Below, one piece after another: positions 42,190 to 51,156 of a stretch of 64,000 nucleotides of DNA. Source of the stretch: Barthelona sp. PCE (taxonomy: Eukaryota); assembly GCA_040285745.1 (NCBI GenBank), contig JAUFOR010000006.1, positions 248,001 through 312,000 on the forward strand, written 5' to 3'. Below the pieces are notes generated by a model that did no database searches, had not been told where the DNA came from, and worked only from the letters and a program-made list of their open reading frames with translations. Both the position numbers and the translations under genes were made by a program. Each line of letters opens with the position of its first letter. The first letter of the stretch is position 1.

Positions 42190-42450
42190 GTGAATAACAC
42201 GCTATTTCGTAGGAGTAAATCTACTGAGGAGTAGACACGCGGTCTTCCCTCTTGTACTCTGTGAGTACTTACATCATTTCTTTCTCCCCCTTTTATTTTA
42301 AAAAAAGGGCTCTAGAACAATTCTCAGTGCAAGCACAGCACTCGAGGGAGCTCGCAACTCCCGTACAAGTGTCTAACTCCGAAGTAAATTTACAACCTCC
42401 TACGAGACCCATAACAAATGCTTAAAAGTACAGTTTCGGCCATCTTGATA
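42190..42450 (-). ncRNA. Unidentified structured RNA candidate (long interrupted stem capped by a multibranch head)
   Basis: Five nested complementary segments between 42197-42257 and 42363-42421, plus three inner hairpins. Several mismatches become G-U pairs only on the minus strand. GC content is higher than the flanks and no ORF is present. Confidence 0.5.
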
Positions 42451-42769
42451 ATAAAATTTGTAAACTCGAAGTTTAGAAACCGAATTCGGACATTCTTTTA
42501 GTATCTATATTAAGGATTCAAACTGAGCATTATGTCGTACTTGTGTGCTTTATTTGAGATTTTCGCAGCTCAAATGCATATAAGCGGTAATATTGGTGAT
42601 ATTCAGCATGTTGATCATAAAAAGCCTATACGGGTAAATTCTGGAAAAAAATGCCCACCAAAAGTGAGCTTTCTCCCCCAGAAAGCTGGTCTTATTGTGT
42701 TTACAAACTGCTCCATTGTTAAACCTTTTCTAACCTCTTTTTTTAACAGTTTTCCCGCTAAATATCAGC

Positions 42770-44263
42770 ATGAACACCATCCGTGTTCTCTTATTTTTAC
42801 TAGTTGTCGCTACAGCTTCAGCATCTATCGCTAGCAAGCCTTACCATATTTTTGATGAGAAAGACCCTCTTAACGATATGTACGACTTCATCAACTTCAT
42901 GGGTGTTGCAGAACCATACAAAATGCACGTCCAAGAAGGATCTTGCTTTAAGAAGATCATCATGTACGTCAACTATGATTCTGAAGGTATTTACATTGAT
43001 CTAAACCTTCAAGAACCCCGTTCGCACCTCTGCACAGAGCTATTGGTGTTCACCACCACCGAACGATTCCATTTCTCCCCTCAACTCTTCCATGGCAAGC
43101 ACAGCATTAAAATCAAAGGCTGGAAGGATGTTCGTGAACAACATCTTGTCACTACTGAAGGTATGATCTACTTCGGTGTCAGTGGTAACATCATCAAGAG
43201 TGTCAAGGACTTTTATGATTTGTATGAGGTCTATAAGAAGGATGATTGGAAGACTATTCGCGCTCAAATGGAATTGTCATTTGGAGAGAAATTCAAGCAA
43301 CGTAAGACTGGCAAGGTTGACTTGAATCCTGATGATATTCCTTCTGGTACACTCGCCCTTTTCTTGAAATATAACAACATCGAGTCGTACATTACATTCA
43401 TGACCCACTCAAAAGCTGGTCATACTGCTCTTCTTCTTCGTAACCCCGCAACCGGCCAGCTATTTGCCACAGAGAACCAACCTTTCCCTAGGAACGTGTT
43501 TAAAACGGATTACACAACTTGGGTAAACCAGCTCAGTGATGGTACATACGATGATTGCACCCCAGACAAGTGTATGATGGTGTTACTTCCTCTTTCCGAT
43601 GAGGCACAAGAAGCATTCGATGATCAAGTTGCTTGGGATGCCTTCTTAGATTTGAAGGGATCTCCTTACCTCAACGCTGCTGAACTGTTTGCTGTTGTTG
43701 ACAACTCTGATCATAACGCCCTTCCTCATCCATTGAGCCCTGATGCTTTGACTCTTCTGGCCACCTTTGGTGAAGATCATTTCCCCGCTTTTAACAAGGC
43801 TTTCATCATTGATGGTGCTAACCACCGTCTCGGTACTAACTTTGATAACATGCACGATGTTGTTGAAGAGTGTATTAAACGCGATATGACTGTCCCTCAG
43901 TTGCTCGCTATTCCAGAGGATGATAAATGGCTTTACAAGGATCCTAATACAGGTAAGATGGTACCAGCCCTTCATTGTACCTCATATGTCTTTGATGTTT
44001 ACAAGAGAGCTGGTGCTTTCAAGCCCTGGTTTGGCGATTCTTTCCCACTTAACACTCATGAAATTACCCCCCGTGATGCATATGAGATGTCTATGTTCAA
44101 GCAGAAGCCTCTCAAGGGTTGCGTCAGAGATGATACTCTTCCATACTGTCAGGTTCTCGGTCTGGATCTTGTAGATTTCAGTGATGATTTCGCGCATATC
44201 GATCCCTATCCACACATGGACGAGCATTGTTATTCATACAAACACTTCCCCCAGGGTTGTTAA
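42770..44263 (+). CDS. Secreted protein, probable permuted papain-like (NlpC/P60) amidase
   Basis: Signal peptide. His motif 'AGHTALLLR' precedes Cys motif 'LHCTSYVFDVYKRAG' (permuted order), followed by 'EITPRDAY'. Confidence 0.6.
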   Translation: MNTIRVLLFLLVVATASASIASKPYHIFDEKDPLNDMYDFINFMGVAEPYKMHVQEGSCFKKIIMYVNYDSEGIYIDLNLQEPRSHLCTELLVFTTTERFHFSPQLFHGKHSIKIKGWKDVREQHLVTTEGMIYFGVSGNIIKSVKDFYDLYEVYKKDDWKTIRAQMELSFGEKFKQRKTGKVDLNPDDIPSGTLALFLKYNNIESYITFMTHSKAGHTALLLRNPATGQLFATENQPFPRNVFKTDYTTWVNQLSDGTYDDCTPDKCMMVLLPLSDEAQEAFDDQVAWDAFLDLKGSPYLNAAELFAVVDNSDHNALPHPLSPDALTLLATFGEDHFPAFNKAFIIDGANHRLGTNFDNMHDVVEECIKRDMTVPQLLAIPEDDKWLYKDPNTGKMVPALHCTSYVFDVYKRAGAFKPWFGDSFPLNTHEITPRDAYEMSMFKQKPLKGCVRDDTLPYCQVLGLDLVDFSDDFAHIDPYPHMDEHCYSYKHFPQGC

Positions 44264-44334
44264 ATACCTTGCATAAAAACAAAGCTGAATTTTTTTTCAG
44301 TTTTTAGTTCTTTAATCCAATAAACGTTTTTTTA

Positions 44335-45381
44335 TTACATTGCAGCAACAGCAATTTCGTGCTCTTCCTCTGTCAAATTATGATCAGCAACAACACCCAT
44401 GTAAACCTTTCCATGTAAAGAAGGATCTATTTCACTTATTTTTCTAGGATAGCCCATTCCGTCATAAACGGCTTCGATCTTTGTGATAAAAGTTGGTTTA
44501 TCCATGCGAAGTGTATCGAGTAACATTGTTAATTCGTTCTTCTGAACATAAGCATAAAGAAGTGCAGCAACAACGTTGGAATAACCAATCTTGATGTCAT
44601 CTTCAATGGCGTTGGCGAGCTTATCGATGATATTGGGCTCAGCAGTGTTGAGAGCAATACCAGCTTGTGTAGCAGCATGATGACATGAAATTCTGGCACT
44701 GAGAATACCTTCGCAGGATTCATTCAGGTTCTCCATCAGTGTTATGGCAGCAGTAGCAGTATTAAAGAACAAATCATCGTGACCAGTGATTGCATGACTG
44801 AGAGCCATAATTCCACCGCTTTTAACGAGTGAAACAGGAAGGTCCTTGGTGTAAATAGCATCAGTAATGGTCGTGAAAGGCAAAAAGTGTGTTGAGTAAA
44901 GTCGATGACGCTTCTCAGGTGTAACTACTGAAAGGTAAGGGGAAACCTCAGCACCTGCACCACTTGTTGTGGGGATGAGTACCATAGTGCTCTCGTGGAC
45001 CCTGGCTCCAAGATATGGAAGCTTCTCAACAGCAATCAACTCTTCAACAGACATACCGGATAAATAGCAGAAACGTGCAAGCTTAGTTTTATCCAAAATG
45101 GAACCACCACCGAAGCCAATCCAACAGTCAGGATTGAATGATCTGGCGTTTTGAGCGATATGTTCAACAGATTCGATGGAAGGTTCATCCGCAGTAATTG
45201 TGATGATTGAGGTACGTAATCCCTTGGGGAGGGCCTTGCGCAGCTCGTTGATGAGGCCCGTCTTGAAGATATTCTCATCGGAAATGATGAGAACACTTTT
45301 CATAGCGGCAATCTCAGTGAGTGCGATAGCTGATGATCCGTACTTAAAGTAGATACGTGGGGGAATAGAAAACAGGCTCAT
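44335..45381 (-). CDS. Iron-type alcohol dehydrogenase homologue (AdhE ADH-domain-like), metal ligands degenerate
   Basis: 'FSIPPRIYFKYGS', 'DEPSIESV', 'GFGGGSILD', 'IPTTSGAGAEVSP'. The C-terminal His ligands are absent. Confidence 0.8.
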   Translation of the reverse strand: MSLFSIPPRIYFKYGSSAIALTEIAAMKSVLIISDENIFKTGLINELRKALPKGLRTSIITITADEPSIESVEHIAQNARSFNPDCWIGFGGGSILDKTKLARFCYLSGMSVEELIAVEKLPYLGARVHESTMVLIPTTSGAGAEVSPYLSVVTPEKRHRLYSTHFLPFTTITDAIYTKDLPVSLVKSGGIMALSHAITGHDDLFFNTATAAITLMENLNESCEGILSARISCHHAATQAGIALNTAEPNIIDKLANAIEDDIKIGYSNVVAALLYAYVQKNELTMLLDTLRMDKPTFITKIEAVYDGMGYPRKISEIDPSLHGKVYMGVVADHNLTEEEHEIAVAAM

Positions 45382-45597
45382 AGTGATATTAAAGCTTTAA
45401 GCGAAATAGAAGGCAAAAAAAACTGTTTACAGCGTATTACCCATTAAAGCATTTTTTGGAGGGTGAAGAGGGTTTTTCATGGAAGGTCATGTTCTTCAAG
45501 TATCATAAAGCAATGTAAGAACAATATCAATCTTTTGATTCGTTTTTTGATCCTTGCCAACTATCACAATATCACGAAGCTACGACCGTTTACTGGT

Positions 45598-46974
45598 TTA
45601 ATATCTACTAAAGACTTGCGTGGCACAGTGTGCAGCACCGTACATTGATGTAACACCGTCAAATTCAACATACTCGATGCTACCCTTGTAGTTAGGTAAC
45701 GATCCAATACGCCGAGCAACTTCCTTATGGACACCAACAACGGACCCATTACCAAGGTTAAGATGGTTACAGGCATATTTCAATTGTTCTTCATTGCTAA
45801 CTGTAATTATTTGGTAACTTTCATCTTCTAAGAATTGATAAAGAGGAATATTTTTACGCTTTAAGGAATAAGATTTATCCACTTGTCTCACATACTCATC
45901 AACATATCGCATCTTATTACTATTAGGGTCCATAACATCCTCCAGTAATAAAACATGACCGTCATCAATAATATTGAAAATGCAGTCCAAATGCATGCGA
46001 TCTTGATTACGATCGTGGTCATCGCGCACGACTGCGAAGCGACGGGTGCCTAAAAGATCATTTTCCATTAAATAAACTGCTGCGGAATACGTTGATCTTA
46101 GACCAACACCTAACATACAGAGATCAGGTTTCACAGTGTAGAAATCACCACCCTCTAAAAAGTGGGGCTCTGGGATCTTGCCAACGACAGGGATACCAAG
46201 TTTCTCCCAACAGAATTGCATGATCCGAGATTCTGCTTCTCTCTGTGATGAATTCAATCTAGACATTACAATACCTTTCGACGTTGTTATCTGTTGATCT
46301 CTACAAAAGACCAGGTTACCGAGCGGTCTAAGATCAAATCTAATAGCTGTCACTGGGGTATTACGCGAAGAAGGTGATAAAACAATATTCGGTCTTGTTA
46401 GGATGATTTGCACTAATTGATCGTCTGACATTTTCCTGATGTTCTCACGTTTATAATCGCTTGAGAGATAGTAACTTGCATCTTTGAATTGATCAATGGA
46501 TACACTCGGTGTGTAAGTTAAATAATCTTCGGCTAGACGTTCTAATGCGATTCTAGCTCTAATGTTAATATCACAATCGGCCTTCAGGACGTCGACAACA
46601 CGGAGCACAATGCACCCGTTTCGTTTGAGAGCATCAGTAAATGCCTGATGACACTCTCTAGTGTGTTCAATATCAACACTCGTTTCATATAATGAACCGA
46701 CAGGGTGTAGTGAACCAACAAAGACTTCGAGGTTCGGCTCATGGACCATGACGTAACGGGCAGGGATGTTCTCAGAGATTTGAACGAAAGAAAGATTCTC
46801 AACATTTGGGATTGTTTGGGCAGTGTGCACTAGTTCAGGGAATAGTGGGCTGAAATCATGGGTAGATGTGATCTGGGGTTTAACTTTCTGAGGCGGTTGA
46901 AAGTCTTGCTCTAAGTGTGCAAGTGAAGGGGTGGTAGCACGGTCAACTAAAACTGGATATTCTTGTTCGGTCAT
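45598..46974 (-). CDS. Arginine deiminase (eukaryotic/protist type)
   Basis: 'NLVFCRDQ', 'FLEGGDF', 'RMHLDC', 'YGAAHCATQ' give the amidinotransferase-fold Asp/Glu/His/Cys catalytic set. Confidence 0.9.
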   Translation of the reverse strand: MTEQEYPVLVDRATTPSLAHLEQDFQPPQKVKPQITSTHDFSPLFPELVHTAQTIPNVENLSFVQISENIPARYVMVHEPNLEVFVGSLHPVGSLYETSVDIEHTRECHQAFTDALKRNGCIVLRVVDVLKADCDINIRARIALERLAEDYLTYTPSVSIDQFKDASYYLSSDYKRENIRKMSDDQLVQIILTRPNIVLSPSSRNTPVTAIRFDLRPLGNLVFCRDQQITTSKGIVMSRLNSSQREAESRIMQFCWEKLGIPVVGKIPEPHFLEGGDFYTVKPDLCMLGVGLRSTYSAAVYLMENDLLGTRRFAVVRDDHDRNQDRMHLDCIFNIIDDGHVLLLEDVMDPNSNKMRYVDEYVRQVDKSYSLKRKNIPLYQFLEDESYQIITVSNEEQLKYACNHLNLGNGSVVGVHKEVARRIGSLPNYKGSIEYVEFDGVTSMYGAAHCATQVFSRY

Positions 46975-47039
46975 TAACTCAAAAAGAGGGATTAAATAGA
47001 TGTTTAAAAAGGGTTTGAATAAGGGTTTAAAAAAACAAC

Positions 47040-47245
47040 CTGTGGATGAGGCGAGATAATGAAAAACAACAATTTTCCCTGTTTTCCCACCTAAAATTTA
47101 CGATATTTGGAATGATTGATACGTTTAGGTACTGTTTAAGTTGATAAACTGAATATGAACTGGTTTAAACCTGTTTTTCATTACACATTCATAGTGTGTT
47201 ATCGTTTAGTATCTCAGTTAATCAGGGGATGCAATTTTGACATAC
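47040..47245 (-). other. Candidate 206-nt 5'-UTR intron of the arginine deiminase gene
   Basis: Minus strand reads GTATGT(47245)...CCTCAT-CCACAG(47040), the same 6-nt spacing as the other introns. Contains a perfect 12-bp inverted repeat (47057-68/47172-83). Ends 65 nt before the ATG. Confidence 0.5.
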
Positions 47246-47590
47246 AATAGGGTACAAATCTTGTGTTCAAGGAGCTTTTTGATGATTATGCAAAGAGGTA
47301 GTGAAAGAAATGTTGTTGACAGATCAGTATTTTTAATTTTTGCATTACTTTTGTGGAGTAAAGAATGTTAATGTCATGTTTAGGAAGCGTTATTTTAGTG
47401 TTTGAACCGATTAGCAGAAACTTACCAATAATTTGTTCCATTCAGTTTGTTCAAGTTTAATGCAGTGGGAGACACAGTAAATAGATAACCGTGCCATTTT
47501 TGAAAGATTTCTAAGACAAGGTTCGGAGTGTAGCTGCACTTCTCTCAATTCTTTTTTCTCCTATTTCTTAGAAGTTACTTGGGTATTATT

Positions 47591-48433
47591 ATGCGTATTT
47601 TCCTTGCATTAATCGTTTTCCTTGCAATCTGTACAGTCAGTAATGCTGCTCAACTGGTCAAATTTGAGAAATTTGAGCTCAACAGCACTTCGCTGCATAT
47701 TTTCAATGTTTCCTCCCTCACTCATGATTGCGAGTACATTACTCTTATTGTCAACCCCGAGCATAATGTTCTTGACAAAATGAAGATTTATGCTGGTGGT
47801 AACCTTACAACAACCGTTGATTTGAAGGAGCGTGGTTACAATTACCTTTCATTCCATCTTGTATCCCAACAACCCTCCTATTCTTATGAACTTATCCCCG
47901 TTATTAATTCTTCAAAGACAGAAGTAGAAATGTCTGCTTTTTGTTCGGTCAATGCATCTATTCCGAAAGCTGGTAAAGTCCATTTCGATTTCAAGAGCAC
48001 AAATGTTTCACAAACATTGTACGAGCGTATATCGTTGAATGATGGATTGTTAACTCAAGCTCATCAAATTGTTACTTACATCAGTAATAATCACCGCGAT
48101 GTTCACCGTTCACCTTTATACTTTGATAAATATCTTCAAGTTGTTGGTAAAACACAAACTACGTTGTCAGATTTTGAATCTACCTTTAGTACTAATTTTA
48201 CTACTTCTGGTTATCGTTATGTCATTGCTGTGTATAAGGATGACGCCGACAGATACGCTTATCCTCTTGGTTGGTCATCTATCTATTATTCTAATGGTGA
48301 GCCCGGATTGAATGTGCCTCCCGAGGTTCTTGTTGTAATTGGTGTTGTTGTTATAGTTGGTATTTTCTTTGCTGCTTGTAAGAAGAAGGGCGATGAAGAA
48401 GACGCTGATATTACTGAGTATAACGCCATATAA
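47591..48433 (+). CDS. Type I membrane glycoprotein with C-terminal YXXPhi (YNAI)
   Basis: Signal peptide, several N-x-S/T sites, a TM helix and a short tail ending EYNAI. ATG at 47591. Confidence 0.75.
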   Translation: MRIFLALIVFLAICTVSNAAQLVKFEKFELNSTSLHIFNVSSLTHDCEYITLIVNPEHNVLDKMKIYAGGNLTTTVDLKERGYNYLSFHLVSQQPSYSYELIPVINSSKTEVEMSAFCSVNASIPKAGKVHFDFKSTNVSQTLYERISLNDGLLTQAHQIVTYISNNHRDVHRSPLYFDKYLQVVGKTQTTLSDFESTFSTNFTTSGYRYVIAVYKDDADRYAYPLGWSSIYYSNGEPGLNVPPEVLVVIGVVVIVGIFFAACKKKGDEEDADITEYNAI

Positions 48434-48569
48434 GTTTTTAAAAAAATTTTAGTAAAGTTAGTTAAGTTTTTGATAAATTATTCTTTGGCTGGGCTTGATG
48501 AGCAAAAAAACAATCAATTGTACCGCTTTGCTAAACTGCAAATTGTTTCATCTTTAATAACCTTCTTTA

Positions 48570-49427
48570 ATGTATAAAGGATCATTTTTTACGGTTTCCA
48601 TTGCATTTTTTGCATTTTTGGCTCTTTCCACAGCCGGGTCTCCAACTATTATTAACATTAGAACACCTGACGGACATCCAGTTTCTCATTGTGAAAGTCA
48701 TGGCATTGCCTTTAACGCTAACAGTGTCAGAGTGGTGGCTGACCCCTCTAATAACTGTCTTTTTAAGTTAGGCCTTTCACAGGGGTCACCTGACGATGAT
48801 TTCAACTCTGATTCAAATTTTACCAGCAACCCACCTTTCTTTGATACAGCCCCATGGACTTTTAGAAAGGGCGCCAACATGAGGGTATGTTATTGGGCCA
48901 ATTGTGATGTTGATATCCGAACAAATTTCTGGGGTAATTTACTACATCCTGATGATTTGCCGACAGCAAAGAGAGCGTCAAATGATATGATTGGTGATGG
49001 AGAATACGTTACAACTGTTCCCATGCCTGATAATTTTGGAAAAAGCAATGACTATTGTTTTACAGGTTATCTGTTGACACAGGAAAAGTTTGGGAGAACG
49101 CCTTATTCAATGATTGTTAACAACGGTGTTAAGGTCTTTGAGCGTTGTGATCGCCCAACAGCACAATTTAAAGAGGATTGGAAGATGCCTACAGGAGATT
49201 ATTATTTCACCGTTGTGTATCATGATAAAACGAATGGATATATTTCTTCTTTAGGTTCTTCATCTATGTCATATCACAAGGACTCACACACTGAAACCAA
49301 TTTCGATGCAAACAAATTCATCATCTTTCTTATTTTCGTTGGAGCAATAATTTTTGCGTATGTGAAAAGGGATGTGATTAAGAAGAAGTTGGGTTATGAA
49401 GATCCTCTTTCTTATGGTCGTGTGTAG
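48570..49427 (+). CDS. Type I membrane protein with C-terminal YXXPhi (YGRV); probable distant paralogue of 47591..48433
   Basis: Same size and topology. 'GDYYFTVVYHD..NGYISSLGSSSMSY' aligns with 'GYRYVIAVYKD..DRYAYPLGWSSIYY'. Confidence 0.75.
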   Translation: MYKGSFFTVSIAFFAFLALSTAGSPTIINIRTPDGHPVSHCESHGIAFNANSVRVVADPSNNCLFKLGLSQGSPDDDFNSDSNFTSNPPFFDTAPWTFRKGANMRVCYWANCDVDIRTNFWGNLLHPDDLPTAKRASNDMIGDGEYVTTVPMPDNFGKSNDYCFTGYLLTQEKFGRTPYSMIVNNGVKVFERCDRPTAQFKEDWKMPTGDYYFTVVYHDKTNGYISSLGSSSMSYHKDSHTETNFDANKFIIFLIFVGAIIFAYVKRDVIKKKLGYEDPLSYGRV

Positions 49428-49540
49428 TCATAATTGTGATGTTAATAGTAAATAAATAGTTCATTTGGTCAATAAAAAACTAAAGGATTTACTAAGATTA
49501 TCAAAAGAATATATATGTACAATAAAGAGCATGTGAACTA

Positions 49541-50210
49541 TTAATCGGAATGCATATTGGCAACCGCAACAATTTGAATTAAATAAAAAATTGGAACAAT
49601 AAACATATATGCTTGAATAACAACATTAGTTCTGAAAAATTGCACAATGATGGTAGTGAGTTGTAAAAGACGATAAACAATAACACAAGTACTATTTCTA
49701 TTGGCTTTAATTTTCTTATAAATAACAAATTCAATAAACCAACAAATGATCATAATCACAACAATAAACATTATTAAAACTGCACCCAACTGGCCCAAAT
49801 GTAATGGGTTAGTATCTGTATTCAAAAGAAGTGAAAAAGCAATTAGGAAAACTATTGCAGCACCAAAAATTACCAAGAAGAGTATCTGGATAACTAATGC
49901 AATAATTGTAAGACAGTCACGTTCTTCGGGTTCGGGTTGGACAGTGACCGCAGTGGCCGGGACTAAAACGTAAGGTTGCCTAAATATCAGTTTTTGAGGT
50001 GTTGAAAGAAGGAATTCGCATTTTCTTTAAGTAGCCCGGCAGTGGTGCATATTTGCAAGCAAATATATTGAAATTCATATTACAATCAATGCTGATTTAT
50101 AGAAAAAAAATTTATATGACCAAAAGTAGCAATAAAAGTATTTTTTGGATTGCGAAGTAAGATGCAATGCCCAGGGCACAATGAAAACTGCAAAAATAAA
50201 AGACATACAT
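49541..50210 (-). CDS. Four-TM small membrane protein (146 aa); complement(join(49541..49979,50209..50210))
   Basis: The unspliced frame has no ATG upstream of the first TM. Splicing AT|G gives MQPYVLVPATAVTVQPEPEERDCLTIIALVIQ... Paralogue of 50634..51156 (shared 'D.NPL..L.A.L.M', 'IE.VI..KIKA...STCVIV.R.L', 'Y..QIVA'). Confidence 0.8.
49980..50208 (-). other. Spliceosomal intron (229 nt) interrupting the start codon
   Basis: Minus strand reads AT|GTATGT...AACTGAT-ATTTAG|G. Internal pairing GCCCTGGGCATTGCAT / ATGCACCACTGCCGGGC. Confidence 0.78.
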
Positions 50211-50633
50211 GTGGATTGGTGAGAAAAATGAAATGCTGAGTCATTTGTATTAGGTTGGGTTGGAAGAATGTAATTATTGGCAGTAGTTCAAGTTGAGACC
50301 TTCTGACCTGTGAATGTTGCTAAATTCAAGAAAAAATCAGAGATTGTAAGTTAAAGAAGAATTGTAAATAAATGTTTCATTTGAATATATATATGGAAAG
50401 TACGGGTTGTATTGTGTGTATACAGGTCGAATTGATGGTGTTACATAACAAATTATCTGTTTGAGATAACAGATTCGTGAGAAAGATTTTTTTTAAGATT
50501 GTTGTATTTTTCATACAAAAAACGCGTGCTGTGTTTGAAACTTCAAAAAGACTCTTGTGCAGTGTGTAAAAGTTGTTGTTTTCCATTTTCACCACCAAGA
50601 TCCTCATTTCATTTTTGAATCCTTATCTTAGAA

Positions 50634-51156
50634 ATGTATGACCAAACACACATGACAGTTGTTTTTTATTACACATCATGTGTATTTCCAAGCTTTTAAG
50701 GAATGAATTTATCCTTTTTAGCGATAATTGTGTTTTCTAACTTTTAGGCATCCCTCCGCTCGTCAACCTGTTCAACACCAAAAGCCCGAAGGCTTATGGC
50801 CCATGTTAGCCTACTATTTGCAAATGGCTATTATTATTCTCATTGGTATTGTCATTTTAGCACTTTTAGCTTTTGCCTTTGTTCTTGGTGCTGATAGTAA
50901 CCCATTAGGTGATCTCGCAGCTGCTCTTATGATGGTTTTCGTTGTTGCGGCTGTTATTTACTTTTTGATTGAGTACGTCATCTTCTCTAAGATTAAGGCC
51001 TTCAAGCGCTCTACCTGTGTCATTGTTTGGAGAATTCTTAACGTTCTTGGTTTCATTTCTCAAGTTTCCAAGGGTGGTGCTGTTTCTGCCACTTCTTTCG
51101 TGTTCCTTGCCATCTACATCGTTCAGATTGTTGCTATGTTCAAGCTTCCCGCTTAA
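50634..51156 (+). CDS. Four-TM small membrane protein (136 aa); join(50634..50635,50748..51156)
   Basis: Splicing AT|G gives MHPSARQPVQHQKPEGLWPML... Divergently oriented paralogue of 49541..50210. Confidence 0.8.
50636..50747 (+). other. Spliceosomal intron (112 nt) interrupting the start codon
   Basis: AT|GTATGA...TTCTAAC-TTTTAG|G. Internal hairpin ACACATGA(50648-55)/TCATGTGT(50676-83). Confidence 0.8.

Noticed and set aside
42260-42330. Minus-strand '...CTGAGAATTGTTCTAG|39 nt|GTAAGT' flanked by complementary arms, suggesting back-splicing or a trans-splicing donor
   Set aside because: The branch motif and spacing do not fit the CTNAY+6 rule seen in the supported introns, the donor is GTAAGT rather than GTATG, and there is no host gene on that strand.
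42330-42447. 118-nt minus-strand stretch with 5S rRNA-like touches (closing stem CAAGATGGC/GCTGTGCTTG, 'GTTAGACACTTGTACGGGAG', 'GTGCTGT')
   Set aside because: Helices II/III and loop B/C cannot be built, and the same bases pair better in the long-range stem with 42197-42257. A cmsearch with the 5S model would settle it.
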